Positions 8,940 through 16,780 of a stretch of DNA of 42,865 nucleotides are shown piece by piece. The position numbers and the translations under genes are program-made. Within the stretch, counting starts at the first letter, position 1, and every line of letters begins with the position of its first letter. The notes under the pieces are model-generated. The model was not told the DNA's origin, ran no database searches, and was given only the letters and a program-made list of their open reading frames with translations. Origin of the DNA: Marivivens sp. (GTDB taxonomy: Bacteria > Pseudomonadota > Alphaproteobacteria > Rhodobacterales > Rhodobacteraceae); assembly GCA_024642185.1 (NCBI GenBank), contig JAHEBR010000001.1, forward strand, positions 1-42,865, in the 5' to 3' direction.

Positions 8940-10316
8940 ATGGGCAAAATTGTCCGCTGTATTTCCCCGATCGACGGATCGGTCTATCTCGAACGTGAGG
9001 CGCTGAGCGAAGCGGCGGCCTTCGCCGCCGCCGCCCGTGCCCGCGCCGCCCAGAAGGATTGGGCCGCGCGTCCGGTGCAGGAGCGGGTCGATCTCGTTCT
9101 CAAGGCCAACGATTATATCGGCCAGACGGTCGACCGCATGGCCAACGAGCTTGCCCACCAGATGGGCCGCCCGATCCGCTATGGCGGCGAATTCCGCGGC
9201 TTCAACGAGCGGCTGACCTATATGGCCTCGATCGCGGGAGACTCGCTCAAGCCCTACCTTGTCGAGGATAGCGGCGCGTTCAAACGGATGATCAAGCGCG
9301 AGGCGATGGGCGTCGTCCTTGTCGTGGCCCCTTGGAACTATCCCTACATGACCGCGATCAACACGATCGCGCCGGCGCTGATGGCGGGCAACACGGTGAT
9401 CCTCAAGCACGCGGCCCAGACGCTGAAAGTGGGCGAACACCTCGCCGATGCCTTCGCCGCGGCTGGCCTGCCCGAAGGTGTTTTCCAGAACGTCGTGCTC
9501 GATCACGACACCACCTCGGCGCTCATCAGCCAGCGGGCGGTGAATTTCGTCAATTTCACCGGCTCGGTCGAAGGCGGAAAGGCGATGGAGCGGGCGGCCG
9601 CAGGCACGTTTATCCCCGTGTCCACCGAACTTGGCGGCAAGGATCCGGGCTATGTTCGGGCCGATGCCGATATCGGTGCGGCGGTCGAAACACTGGTCGA
9701 CGGCGCCATGTTCAATTCGGGCCAATGCTGCTGCGGGATCGAGCGCATCTATGTGCACGAGAGCCTCTATGATGCCTTCGTCGCCAAGACGGTTGATCTG
9801 GTAAAAACCTACCGCCTCGGCAACCCGCTCGACCCCGACACCACCATCGGCCCGATGGCCAACGTGCGCTTCGCCGCCGAGGTCCGCGCCCAGATCGACG
9901 AGGCCGTGGCGATGGGCGCTGTGGCGCATATCCCGCCCTCGAACGCCGACGATGGCGGCGCCTATCTCACGCCGCAGGTCCTCACCAACGTGACCCACGA
10001 CATGCGCGTCATGCGCGATGAAAGTTTCGGGCCCGTGGTCGGCATCATGAAGGTCAAGAACGACGACGAAGCCATCGCTTTGATGAACGATTGCCAGTAT
10101 GGCCTCACCGCCTCGATCTGGACCCGCGATCCCGCCGCCGCCGAAGCCATCGGCGACCGGCTCGAGACCGGCACCGTTTTCATGAACCGCTGCGACTATC
10201 TCGACCCCGCCCTGTGCTGGACCGGCTGCAAGGATACCGGCCGCGGCGCGGGCCTATCGATCCTCGCATATCAGGCTCTGACAAGGCCGAAATCCTATCA
10301 CCTCAAGAAAGCATGA
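8940..10316 (+). CDS. NAD(P)-dependent aldehyde dehydrogenase
   Basis: The ATG at 8940 lies 1 nt after the GS stop. The 8736 start listed in the ORF track would overlap the GS gene by about 200 nt. Catalytic motifs ELGGKDP and GQCCCGIERIYV are present. Confidence 0.85.
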   Translation: MGKIVRCISPIDGSVYLEREALSEAAAFAAAARARAAQKDWAARPVQERVDLVLKANDYIGQTVDRMANELAHQMGRPIRYGGEFRGFNERLTYMASIAGDSLKPYLVEDSGAFKRMIKREAMGVVLVVAPWNYPYMTAINTIAPALMAGNTVILKHAAQTLKVGEHLADAFAAAGLPEGVFQNVVLDHDTTSALISQRAVNFVNFTGSVEGGKAMERAAAGTFIPVSTELGGKDPGYVRADADIGAAVETLVDGAMFNSGQCCCGIERIYVHESLYDAFVAKTVDLVKTYRLGNPLDPDTTIGPMANVRFAAEVRAQIDEAVAMGAVAHIPPSNADDGGAYLTPQVLTNVTHDMRVMRDESFGPVVGIMKVKNDDEAIALMNDCQYGLTASIWTRDPAAAEAIGDRLETGTVFMNRCDYLDPALCWTGCKDTGRGAGLSILAYQALTRPKSYHLKKA

Positions 10317-11465
10317 ATGATGAAACTCGTCGGTAACTGGTCCTATCCCACCTCTGTGCGCTTTGGCGCCGGGCGCATTGCCGAGATCGCCGAGGCCTGC
10401 CGCGTGGCGGGCATCCGCAGGCCGCTTCTGGTCACCGACCGCGGCCTTGCGAGCATGGAGATCACCGCGAAGACCCGTGCGCTGATCGAGACCGCAGGCC
10501 TCGGCAACGCGATGTTCTCGGAGGTTGATCCCAACCCCTCCGACATCAACGTTGCCGCTGGCCTCAAGGTCTATCGCGAGGGCGGCTTTGACGGCGTGAT
10601 CGCCTTTGGCGGCGGCTCGGCGCTCGATCTGGGCAAGACCATCGCCTTCATGGCGGGCCAGACCCGCCCCTTGTGGGACTTCGAGGATATCGGCGACTGG
10701 TGGACCCGCGCCAACCCCGAAGGCATCCATCCGATCGTCGCCGTGCCGACCACCGCTGGCACCGGATCAGAAGTTGGCCGCGCGGGGCTGATCACCAATT
10801 CCGCGCTTCATGAAAAGAAGATCATCTTCCACCCCAAGATGCTCCCCGCTGTGGTGATCTGCGATCCCGAGCTGACCGTGGGCATGCCCAAATTCATCAC
10901 TGCGGGAACAGGCCTTGATGCCTTTGCCCATTGTGTCGAGGCCTATTCGAGCCCGCATTATCACCCGATGAGCCAAGGCATCGCGCTTGAAGGGATGCGG
11001 CTGGTGAAGGAATACCTGCCCCGCGCCTATGCCGACGGGTCGGATATCGAAGCCCGCGCCCATATGATGAGCGCCGCCGCCATGGGCGCGACCGCCTTCC
11101 AGAAGGGCCTCGGCGCGATCCATGCGATCAGCCATCCGGTTGGTGCCGTGCACAACACCCACCACGGCACGACCAACGCGGTCTGCATGCCCGAGGTGCT
11201 CAAGTTCAACCGCCCTGCCATCGAGGAACGCTTCGGCATGGTCGCCGCCTATCTTGGCATCAAGGGCGGCTTTGGGGGCTTTTGCGATTTCGTCGACGAG
11301 TTCAACGCAAGCCTCGGCATCCCCCGGACCTTGGGGGGTATCGGCGTCAAGGATGCCGACGTGGATGCGCTGACCAAATCGGCGTTGAACGATCCCAGCG
11401 TCGGCGGCAACCCGATGCCGATGACCTATGACAACACCCGCGCCATGATCGAAGCCTTGCTTTGA
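10317..11465 (+). CDS. Iron-containing (group III) alcohol dehydrogenase
   Basis: 382 aa. It has the GGGSALDLGK motif and a His-rich metal site (HCVEAY, HAISHPVGAVHNTHHG). It starts immediately after the ALDH stop. Confidence 0.85.
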   Translation: MMKLVGNWSYPTSVRFGAGRIAEIAEACRVAGIRRPLLVTDRGLASMEITAKTRALIETAGLGNAMFSEVDPNPSDINVAAGLKVYREGGFDGVIAFGGGSALDLGKTIAFMAGQTRPLWDFEDIGDWWTRANPEGIHPIVAVPTTAGTGSEVGRAGLITNSALHEKKIIFHPKMLPAVVICDPELTVGMPKFITAGTGLDAFAHCVEAYSSPHYHPMSQGIALEGMRLVKEYLPRAYADGSDIEARAHMMSAAAMGATAFQKGLGAIHAISHPVGAVHNTHHGTTNAVCMPEVLKFNRPAIEERFGMVAAYLGIKGGFGGFCDFVDEFNASLGIPRTLGGIGVKDADVDALTKSALNDPSVGGNPMPMTYDNTRAMIEALL

Positions 11466-11474
11466 ACCTCCCGG

Positions 11475-11506
11475 CCCGGCACCGGCCTTCCTCCGCCGGT
11501 GCCGGG
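11475..11506 (+). terminator. Strong GC hairpin ending the catabolic operon
   Basis: The hairpin is CCCGGCACCGG-ccttcctccg-CCGGTGCCGGG with an 11-bp stem, 10 nt after the ADH stop. There is no clear U-tract. Confidence 0.5.
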
Positions 11507-11570
11507 AAGCCATCTGTTGCACCGAAGCCGTGCAGGGCGTATTGCCATGGCAAACAAGCGAGGCGAGCGC

Positions 11571-12182
11571 ATGGCAAACTATCTCTACAAGGGCGATCTT
11601 CCCGACGATCTCGATATGGGGCCGGTGGTCGCCATTGATTGCGAGACCATGGGGCTCAACCCGCACCGCGACCGCCTCTGCCTGATCCAGATGTCTGGTG
11701 GCGATGGCAATGTGCATCTGGTTCAGGTTGCCAAGGGGCAAACCGATGCGCCCAACCTCTGCCGGATGCTGACCGATCCCAAGGTGCTTAAGCTGTTCCA
11801 CTTTGGCCGCTTCGATATCGCCGCGCTCTATCACGCCTTCGGCGCGCTGACGGCCCCTGTCTATTGCACCAAGATCGCCTCGAAGATGACCCGCACCTTC
11901 ACCGACCGGCACGGGCTCAAGTATCTCCTGCAGGATCTTGTCGGTGTCGATATCTCCAAGCAGCAGCAGCAGAGCGACTGGGGCGCAGAGAATCTTTCTG
12001 ACGCACAGCTCGACTATGCGGCCTCCGATGTTCTCTATCTGCACCGCCTGAAAGAGGCGCTCGACGAGATGCTGGCCCGCGAAGGACGGACCGAGCTTGC
12101 GCAATCCTGCTTCGATTTCCTGCCGGCCCGCGCGCGCCTCGATCTCGAAGGCTGGCCCGAAATCGATATCTTCGCGCATTAG
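11571..12182 (+). CDS. rnd: RNase D-like DEDD 3'-5' exonuclease (short form)
   Basis: It carries the exonuclease motif VAIDCETMGL, HFGRFD and ASDVLYL. The start is ambiguous: 11571 (MANYLYKG, GAGG RBS) or 11547 (MANKRGER). Confidence 0.75.
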   Translation: MANYLYKGDLPDDLDMGPVVAIDCETMGLNPHRDRLCLIQMSGGDGNVHLVQVAKGQTDAPNLCRMLTDPKVLKLFHFGRFDIAALYHAFGALTAPVYCTKIASKMTRTFTDRHGLKYLLQDLVGVDISKQQQQSDWGAENLSDAQLDYAASDVLYLHRLKEALDEMLAREGRTELAQSCFDFLPARARLDLEGWPEIDIFAH

Positions 12183-12207
12183 GCAGAATGGCGGCGAGGT
12201 CTGATCC

Positions 12208-12804
12208 GTGACGCCGAAGGACAACTTCTATTCCCTCTTCGTCAGTTGGGCGAAGATTATCCTGCCGATGGCGGGGATCGCCCTTCTATCGACCCTCTTC
12301 CTCTTCGCCCGCAACACCGATCAAAGCAGCCTGCCGCTGGCCCAGCTTGAAGAAATGGCGCGAACCGCGCGCCTGACTGGCCCGACCTTTTCCGGCGTGA
12401 CCGATGATGGCACGGTCTTCACCGTTTCGGCAGGCGTCGCCGCACCGGATCCTGCGGATATCAAGATCGTCAATATCGACAAGATCAGGCTCCTGCTCTC
12501 TGATCCCAAAGGGGCCTCGGTCGAGATCACGGCGGGCCGTGCGACATATGACGGAACGACCAATACCGTGAACCTCCTTGGCCTCACACGTCTTGTATCT
12601 TCGGTGGGTTACAGCCTCGAAACGCGCGGCCTGACCGCGGATATCGACAGTGGTCAGGTTAGAACCGATAGTGAGCTTGAGGTCCGCGCGCCTTTTGGTT
12701 TGATCAGCGCCGGAAGCCTCGTGATCCAGAGGAATGAGGCCGAAGGCGGCCAGCAAATGGTTTTCCAAAACGGAGTGCGGCTGGTATATCAGCCTACAAA
12801 CTAA
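12208..12804 (+). CDS. lptC: LPS export system protein LptC
   Basis: GTG start, N-terminal membrane anchor, about 198 aa, positioned immediately upstream of lptA-lptB. Confidence 0.7.
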   Translation: MTPKDNFYSLFVSWAKIILPMAGIALLSTLFLFARNTDQSSLPLAQLEEMARTARLTGPTFSGVTDDGTVFTVSAGVAAPDPADIKIVNIDKIRLLLSDPKGASVEITAGRATYDGTTNTVNLLGLTRLVSSVGYSLETRGLTADIDSGQVRTDSELEVRAPFGLISAGSLVIQRNEAEGGQQMVFQNGVRLVYQPTN

Positions 12805-12815
12805 GGGAGTTGGAC

Positions 12816-13304
12816 TTGCGGTCGCTGAGAATCCTTGCTGTCGGCATCATGGCGCTCTGGCCTCTTCTGGCCGCGGCGCAATCCACAAGCCTTGCCTTGA
12901 GCGGCTTTGAGTTCGACGGTGGTGCGCCGGTCGAGGTCACTGCCGATAATCTTGCAGTCGATCAAAACACCGGCATCGCCACCTTCAAAGGCAACGTGAT
13001 CATCGGTCAGGGCGCTATCCGGCTTTCTGCAGGCGAGGTTCGGGTGATCTATTCCGATGAAACCGGAGATATCGCCCGGTTTGTTGCCTCTGGTGGCGTT
13101 ACTTTCGTAACCGAGAACGAAGCAGCCGAAGCCGAGAGCGCTGACTATGATTTGACAACCGGTATGCTCGTGCTGACCGGTTCCGTCCTTCTGAAGATGG
13201 GCGCCTCGGCACTTTCCGCCGATACCATGACCGTTTCGCTCAAGGACGGGACAGCCATGCTTGAGGGCAATGTCCGCACCGTCCTGGCGCCGAGCGGCAC
13301 TTGA
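12816..13304 (+). CDS. lptA: LPS transport periplasmic protein LptA (OstA N-terminal domain)
   Basis: It has a signal peptide (ILAVGIMALWPLLAAAQ) and OstA-like beta-jellyroll repeats (FKGNVIIGQG). The TTG at 12816 has better spacing from the AGGGAG RBS than the listed TTG at 12810. Confidence 0.75.
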   Translation: MRSLRILAVGIMALWPLLAAAQSTSLALSGFEFDGGAPVEVTADNLAVDQNTGIATFKGNVIIGQGAIRLSAGEVRVIYSDETGDIARFVASGGVTFVTENEAAEAESADYDLTTGMLVLTGSVLLKMGASALSADTMTVSLKDGTAMLEGNVRTVLAPSGT

Positions 13305-14065
13305 TGAACACCGCACCTTCTCTCACGCTCACCGAAGGTAGCGTCGGCCTAAGGGTGGTTGGCCTTCGCAAGAGCTATCGTCGCAGGCCGGTTATCCGCG
13401 ACGTGAGCCTCGAGCTTGGCCGCGGCGAGGTCGTGGCTCTGCTTGGTCCGAACGGTTCGGGCAAGACCACCTGCTTTTATTCGATTGCAGGCCTGGTGAA
13501 CGCCGAGGGCGGGCAGGTTATCGTCGATGGACGAGATGTATCGGCCTTGCCGATGTATCGGCGCGCACAGCTTGGGATTGGATATCTTCCGCAGGAAATG
13601 TCGATCTTCAGGGGGCTAAACGTCGAAGACAATATACTTGCCATTCTCGAGATCACCGAGCCCGACAAGAAGGCGCGGCGCGAACGCCTTGAGCAGCTTT
13701 TGTCCGAATTTTCGATAGAACACCTGCGCCGCGCCCCGGCACTCGCCCTTTCTGGCGGTGAACGCCGCCGGGCCGAGATTGCCCGATGCCTTGCGGCAGG
13801 GCCGAAATATGTCTTGCTTGACGAGCCCTTCGCCGGGGTCGATCCGATTGCCGTTGGCGAAATCCGTCACCTTGTCGCGGATCTCAGAAACCGTGGCATC
13901 GGCGTTTTGATCACTGATCACAACGTCCAGGAGACCCTGCAGATCGTCGATCGGGCGTATATCCTTCACGATGGTCGCGTGCTGATGAGCGGCACGACAG
14001 ACGAGGTGGTGAAGGACGAAAACGTCCGTCGAGTCTATCTTGGCGCCAATTTTCGTACCTACTGA
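13304..14065 (+). CDS. lptB: LPS export ABC transporter ATP-binding protein LptB
   Basis: Walker A (GPNGSGKTT), signature (LSGGERRR) and Walker B (VLLDEPFAG) are present. The ATG at 13304 overlaps the lptA TGA; the listed start at 13301 is a TTG. Confidence 0.9.
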   Translation: MNTAPSLTLTEGSVGLRVVGLRKSYRRRPVIRDVSLELGRGEVVALLGPNGSGKTTCFYSIAGLVNAEGGQVIVDGRDVSALPMYRRAQLGIGYLPQEMSIFRGLNVEDNILAILEITEPDKKARRERLEQLLSEFSIEHLRRAPALALSGGERRRAEIARCLAAGPKYVLLDEPFAGVDPIAVGEIRHLVADLRNRGIGVLITDHNVQETLQIVDRAYILHDGRVLMSGTTDEVVKDENVRRVYLGANFRTY

Positions 14066-14121
14066 TTTCCGCTGATCGCTCCAGCGACTCATTGACAAAC
14101 CGCCCTCGGCTGACGCCAAAT

Positions 14122-14226
14122 GGGGGTGATGAAAGACCCGATCCACCCTCGCGTTTCCGCGCTGGCGTTTCCGCCAGACGGACGGGGCCAAGCCGGAAAA
14201 TCATCAAATCCCGCAAGCACAATTCA
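14122..14226 (+). pseudogene. rpoN: Probable relic of the 3' end of rpoN (decayed RpoN-box coding sequence)
   Basis: The spacer reads ...AGVSARRTGPSRK. Restoring one nt in the GGG codon at 14185 gives ARRTVAKPENHQIPQAQ. The RpoN C-terminal signature is [10 protein letters not shown]-x3-IP. This sits exactly at the canonical rpoN position between lptB and hpf. Confidence 0.4.
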
Positions 14227-14289
14227 GTTCCGCTCACAGGCTGTCGCCCGTGCGGTGTGTTTGCACATTTGTTAAGAAAAGGAGAGACG

Positions 14290-14859
14290 ATGCGGTATCA
14301 GATCAGCGGAAAGCAGATTGATATTGGTGAAGCACTGCAGACCCATGTCAAAACCGAGCTCGGAGAGACCGTCGGAAAATATGCGGGGCGTCCGACGGAT
14401 GCCAATGTGATCTTTTCCAAGTCAGGGCATGAATTTGTCTGTGAATGTATCGTCCACCTTTCGACCGGCCTAACCTGTCAGGCTCGCGATCATGCCAACG
14501 ATATTTATGCCGCCTTTGATGGCTGCAACGAAAAAATGGCCAAACAGCTGCGCCGCTATAAGCGCCGCCTGAAGGACCATCACAAGGAACGAGTAGAACC
14601 GGTTGAACTTTCGTTGGGCTCGGCCTATATCCTCGCCCCGACGGAAGAGTCGGACGATGATGTGGCCGCTGGCGAAGTTGCCACCATGATCATTGCCGAG
14701 ACCGAAACCAAGATTCCCTCGCTTTCAGTCGGCGAGGCCGTGATGCAGATGGAATTGGCTCACGGTGCAGTGCAGGTCTTCCGCAACGAGAAACACGGCG
14801 GCATTAATGTTGTCTACCGCCGGGACGACGGCAATATCGGTTGGATTGATCCCCGCTAG
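14290..14859 (+). CDS. hpf: Ribosome hibernation promoting factor, long form
   Basis: The ATG at 14290 is preceded by AAGGAGAG. The N-terminal sequence MRYQISGKQIDIGEALQTHV is typical of HPF/sigma54-modulation proteins. The C-terminal dimerisation domain is present (SVGEAVMQMEL...VVYRRDDGNIGWI). The upstream part of the listed ORF (14092) is the spacer/relic. Confidence 0.85.
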   Translation: MRYQISGKQIDIGEALQTHVKTELGETVGKYAGRPTDANVIFSKSGHEFVCECIVHLSTGLTCQARDHANDIYAAFDGCNEKMAKQLRRYKRRLKDHHKERVEPVELSLGSAYILAPTEESDDDVAAGEVATMIIAETETKIPSLSVGEAVMQMELAHGAVQVFRNEKHGGINVVYRRDDGNIGWIDPR

Positions 14860-14897
14860 GCGACAGTCCAGAGGCAAGGCGCCAGAAGGCAGGTTTT

Positions 14898-15362
14898 ATG
14901 CAGCTTTCGGACATTCTGAAGCCCACTGGGGTCAAGGTCATTTCGATCGCCTCCAGCAAGAAGAGGCTTTTCCATGACCTTGGGGAAATCGCTGCGGCGA
15001 ACTATGGCCTGAGCGAACAGACCGTCATCGACGCGCTGATCGAACGCGAAAACCTGGGACCAACCGGAGTGGGGCAGGGCGTCGCGCTGCCCCATGCACG
15101 CCTGCAAGGCGTCGAAAAGATCTGTGGCATCTTCCTCAAACTGGAAAAGCCGATGGACTTTGACGCCGTTGATCGCCAGCCCGTCGATATTGTCTTTGCC
15201 CTGTTTGCGCCCGAGACGGCCGGTGTCGATCATCTCAAGGCGCTGGCTCTTGTTTCCAGAACGCTTCGTGATCCGGCAGTCTGTGCCAAGCTTCGCGCCA
15301 ACCATGATGCCGCGACGCTCCATACCATCCTGACAGAGGCGCCGACGACTCAGGCCGCCTGA
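14898..15362 (+). CDS. ptsN: PTS IIA-like nitrogen regulatory protein PtsN (EIIA-Ntr)
   Basis: 154 aa with the phosphorylatable His context (GVALPHARL). It occupies the canonical position after hpf. Confidence 0.85.
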   Translation: MQLSDILKPTGVKVISIASSKKRLFHDLGEIAAANYGLSEQTVIDALIERENLGPTGVGQGVALPHARLQGVEKICGIFLKLEKPMDFDAVDRQPVDIVFALFAPETAGVDHLKALALVSRTLRDPAVCAKLRANHDAATLHTILTEAPTTQAA

Positions 15363-16777
15363 CCGCCCCAATCGCCAAATCCAAATCCGACATAGTCGCG
15401 CTGGTAGGCAGCGCGCGCTGCGGCTTCGATTTCAGCGTCATAGATGGAGCGAAGGCGGGCATCTTCGGGGTCGACCGCCTCGCTGAACGGCGCCAGATCC
15501 AGCCCGACTTCACCTGCAAGGAATCCAAGTCCCTCGGCCAAACGCCCCCGCCGCAGGATCACATCTGGTGACCCAAACCCGGCAAATCCCTGAATGAGGG
15601 CCGTTTGGGTCGCCCAGGACGGGTCGACACGAATGCCTGTCTGCCCGCCGAGGTTGGCCTTTAGAAATTTGAGAAAGGCCAGAAAGGCAGCACGATGCGC
15701 GGCGGTGTCGTAGGTGTCGTCCGGTGCTCTTTTTGGCAGCGGCACAGCGAAATGTTTGCGAAGAGATTCGCGGATTTCGCCAAAGGTGCCCGGCCCGACC
15801 GAGAGAATATGGGAGCAAAACGCCGAATGCGCGCGCGCAACCGGATGGCCGAGAACTGTAAAGCTTCGATGCGCTGGGGTCTTGCGCAGCCACTGGCGCA
15901 GCGTCTTTTGGGTCAGATCCTCTTCGAGGCCCGATCCGCCTCCAAGGCTCGCAAGCCAACCTCGGACATCCTCATCTCTCGTTCCTTTGAGCGGCAGATA
16001 AAGCAGCGGCGCCCCTTTTGACGCGACATAGCTCGGAATGGCGGGCCCGCGACGCGGCTCGAAATTCGGGGTGCGAGAGAGGTTGAAGCGGTCAAGTGCT
16101 GCGAGCGCCCTATCCATATCTTCGAAGTTGGATACCTTGTCTTCTAGCGGCTCCGGGTTCTGCTTTTTGAGCTCTCTGTCGAGCCCCTCGATCCGCTCCT
16201 CTGCCCCAAGCCAGGCTGCAAGTCCGTTGATAACCTCGGCGTCCTGCAAATCCTCATAGTCGATATAGAAGGCCGTCTGACCACTGCGCTGCAAACTGTT
16301 GAGAAGAAGAACCTGAAAATCCTGAAGTTCGGCAAGGAAGGTCTCAAACTCGGCGGCCCTGAAGGTAATCCGCTCTGATTTCGCGTGTTTCGCTTTGGTC
16401 AGCTTCCATTGACCGGTCTCTCTGGCAATCTTCCAACTCACATAGCTTTCCGCGGGATTGCGGGTGAGGATGACCTTGGCACAGCGGGGATCGTCCAGGA
16501 TCGCGTCAAGCACGCGCGGATCGTGATCGTGGAAATAGCGAAAGCCACCAAGAACACCATTCTCGGATTTGATCGCACCGAGGAATTGGTGAGGATTCGC
16601 CTCGCGTAGGCCAAGATCAAACCCGAGGATCTCGGTTGCGTTGGGATAACCGACGAAATGCGGATTGAACGCCTCTCCATTACAGCGAAGCCCGGAAAAC
16701 GCATTGAGGTTGGCTTCAAGGAAATTCGAGCCGGTCCGCATTTCGGCGAAAATGACGAAATAATCGAAGCCTGCCAT
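15350..16777 (-). CDS. Two-domain sulfotransferase (NodH-like N-terminal domain + Sulfotransfer_2-like C-terminal domain)
   Basis: The N-terminal domain has PAPS 5'-PSB-like FAEMRTGSNFL and 3'-PB-like ILTRNPAESYVS motifs. The C-terminal domain has LPLKGTRDED and TVLGHPVARAHSAF, resembling the IPKTGGTS / VRNPxxRxxS motifs. Confidence 0.65.
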   Translation of the reverse strand: MAGFDYFVIFAEMRTGSNFLEANLNAFSGLRCNGEAFNPHFVGYPNATEILGFDLGLREANPHQFLGAIKSENGVLGGFRYFHDHDPRVLDAILDDPRCAKVILTRNPAESYVSWKIARETGQWKLTKAKHAKSERITFRAAEFETFLAELQDFQVLLLNSLQRSGQTAFYIDYEDLQDAEVINGLAAWLGAEERIEGLDRELKKQNPEPLEDKVSNFEDMDRALAALDRFNLSRTPNFEPRRGPAIPSYVASKGAPLLYLPLKGTRDEDVRGWLASLGGGSGLEEDLTQKTLRQWLRKTPAHRSFTVLGHPVARAHSAFCSHILSVGPGTFGEIRESLRKHFAVPLPKRAPDDTYDTAAHRAAFLAFLKFLKANLGGQTGIRVDPSWATQTALIQGFAGFGSPDVILRRGRLAEGLGFLAGEVGLDLAPFSEAVDPEDARLRSIYDAEIEAAARAAYQRDYVGFGFGDWGGQAA

Positions 16778-16780
16778 ATC

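Noticed and set aside
7838-12224. Long minus-strand ORFs (7838-8947, 8898-9998, 10767-12224) opposite the GS-like, ALDH, ADH and rnd genes
   Set aside because: The plus-strand genes carry clear catalytic motifs and coupled junctions. The antisense products are low-complexity with no recognisable domains.
14240-14270. Possible sigma54 -24/-12 promoter (TTGCA at about 14260) upstream of hpf
   Set aside because: The required GG dinucleotide is not at the right spacing upstream of the GC element. The absence of rpoN at this locus makes it less likely as well.
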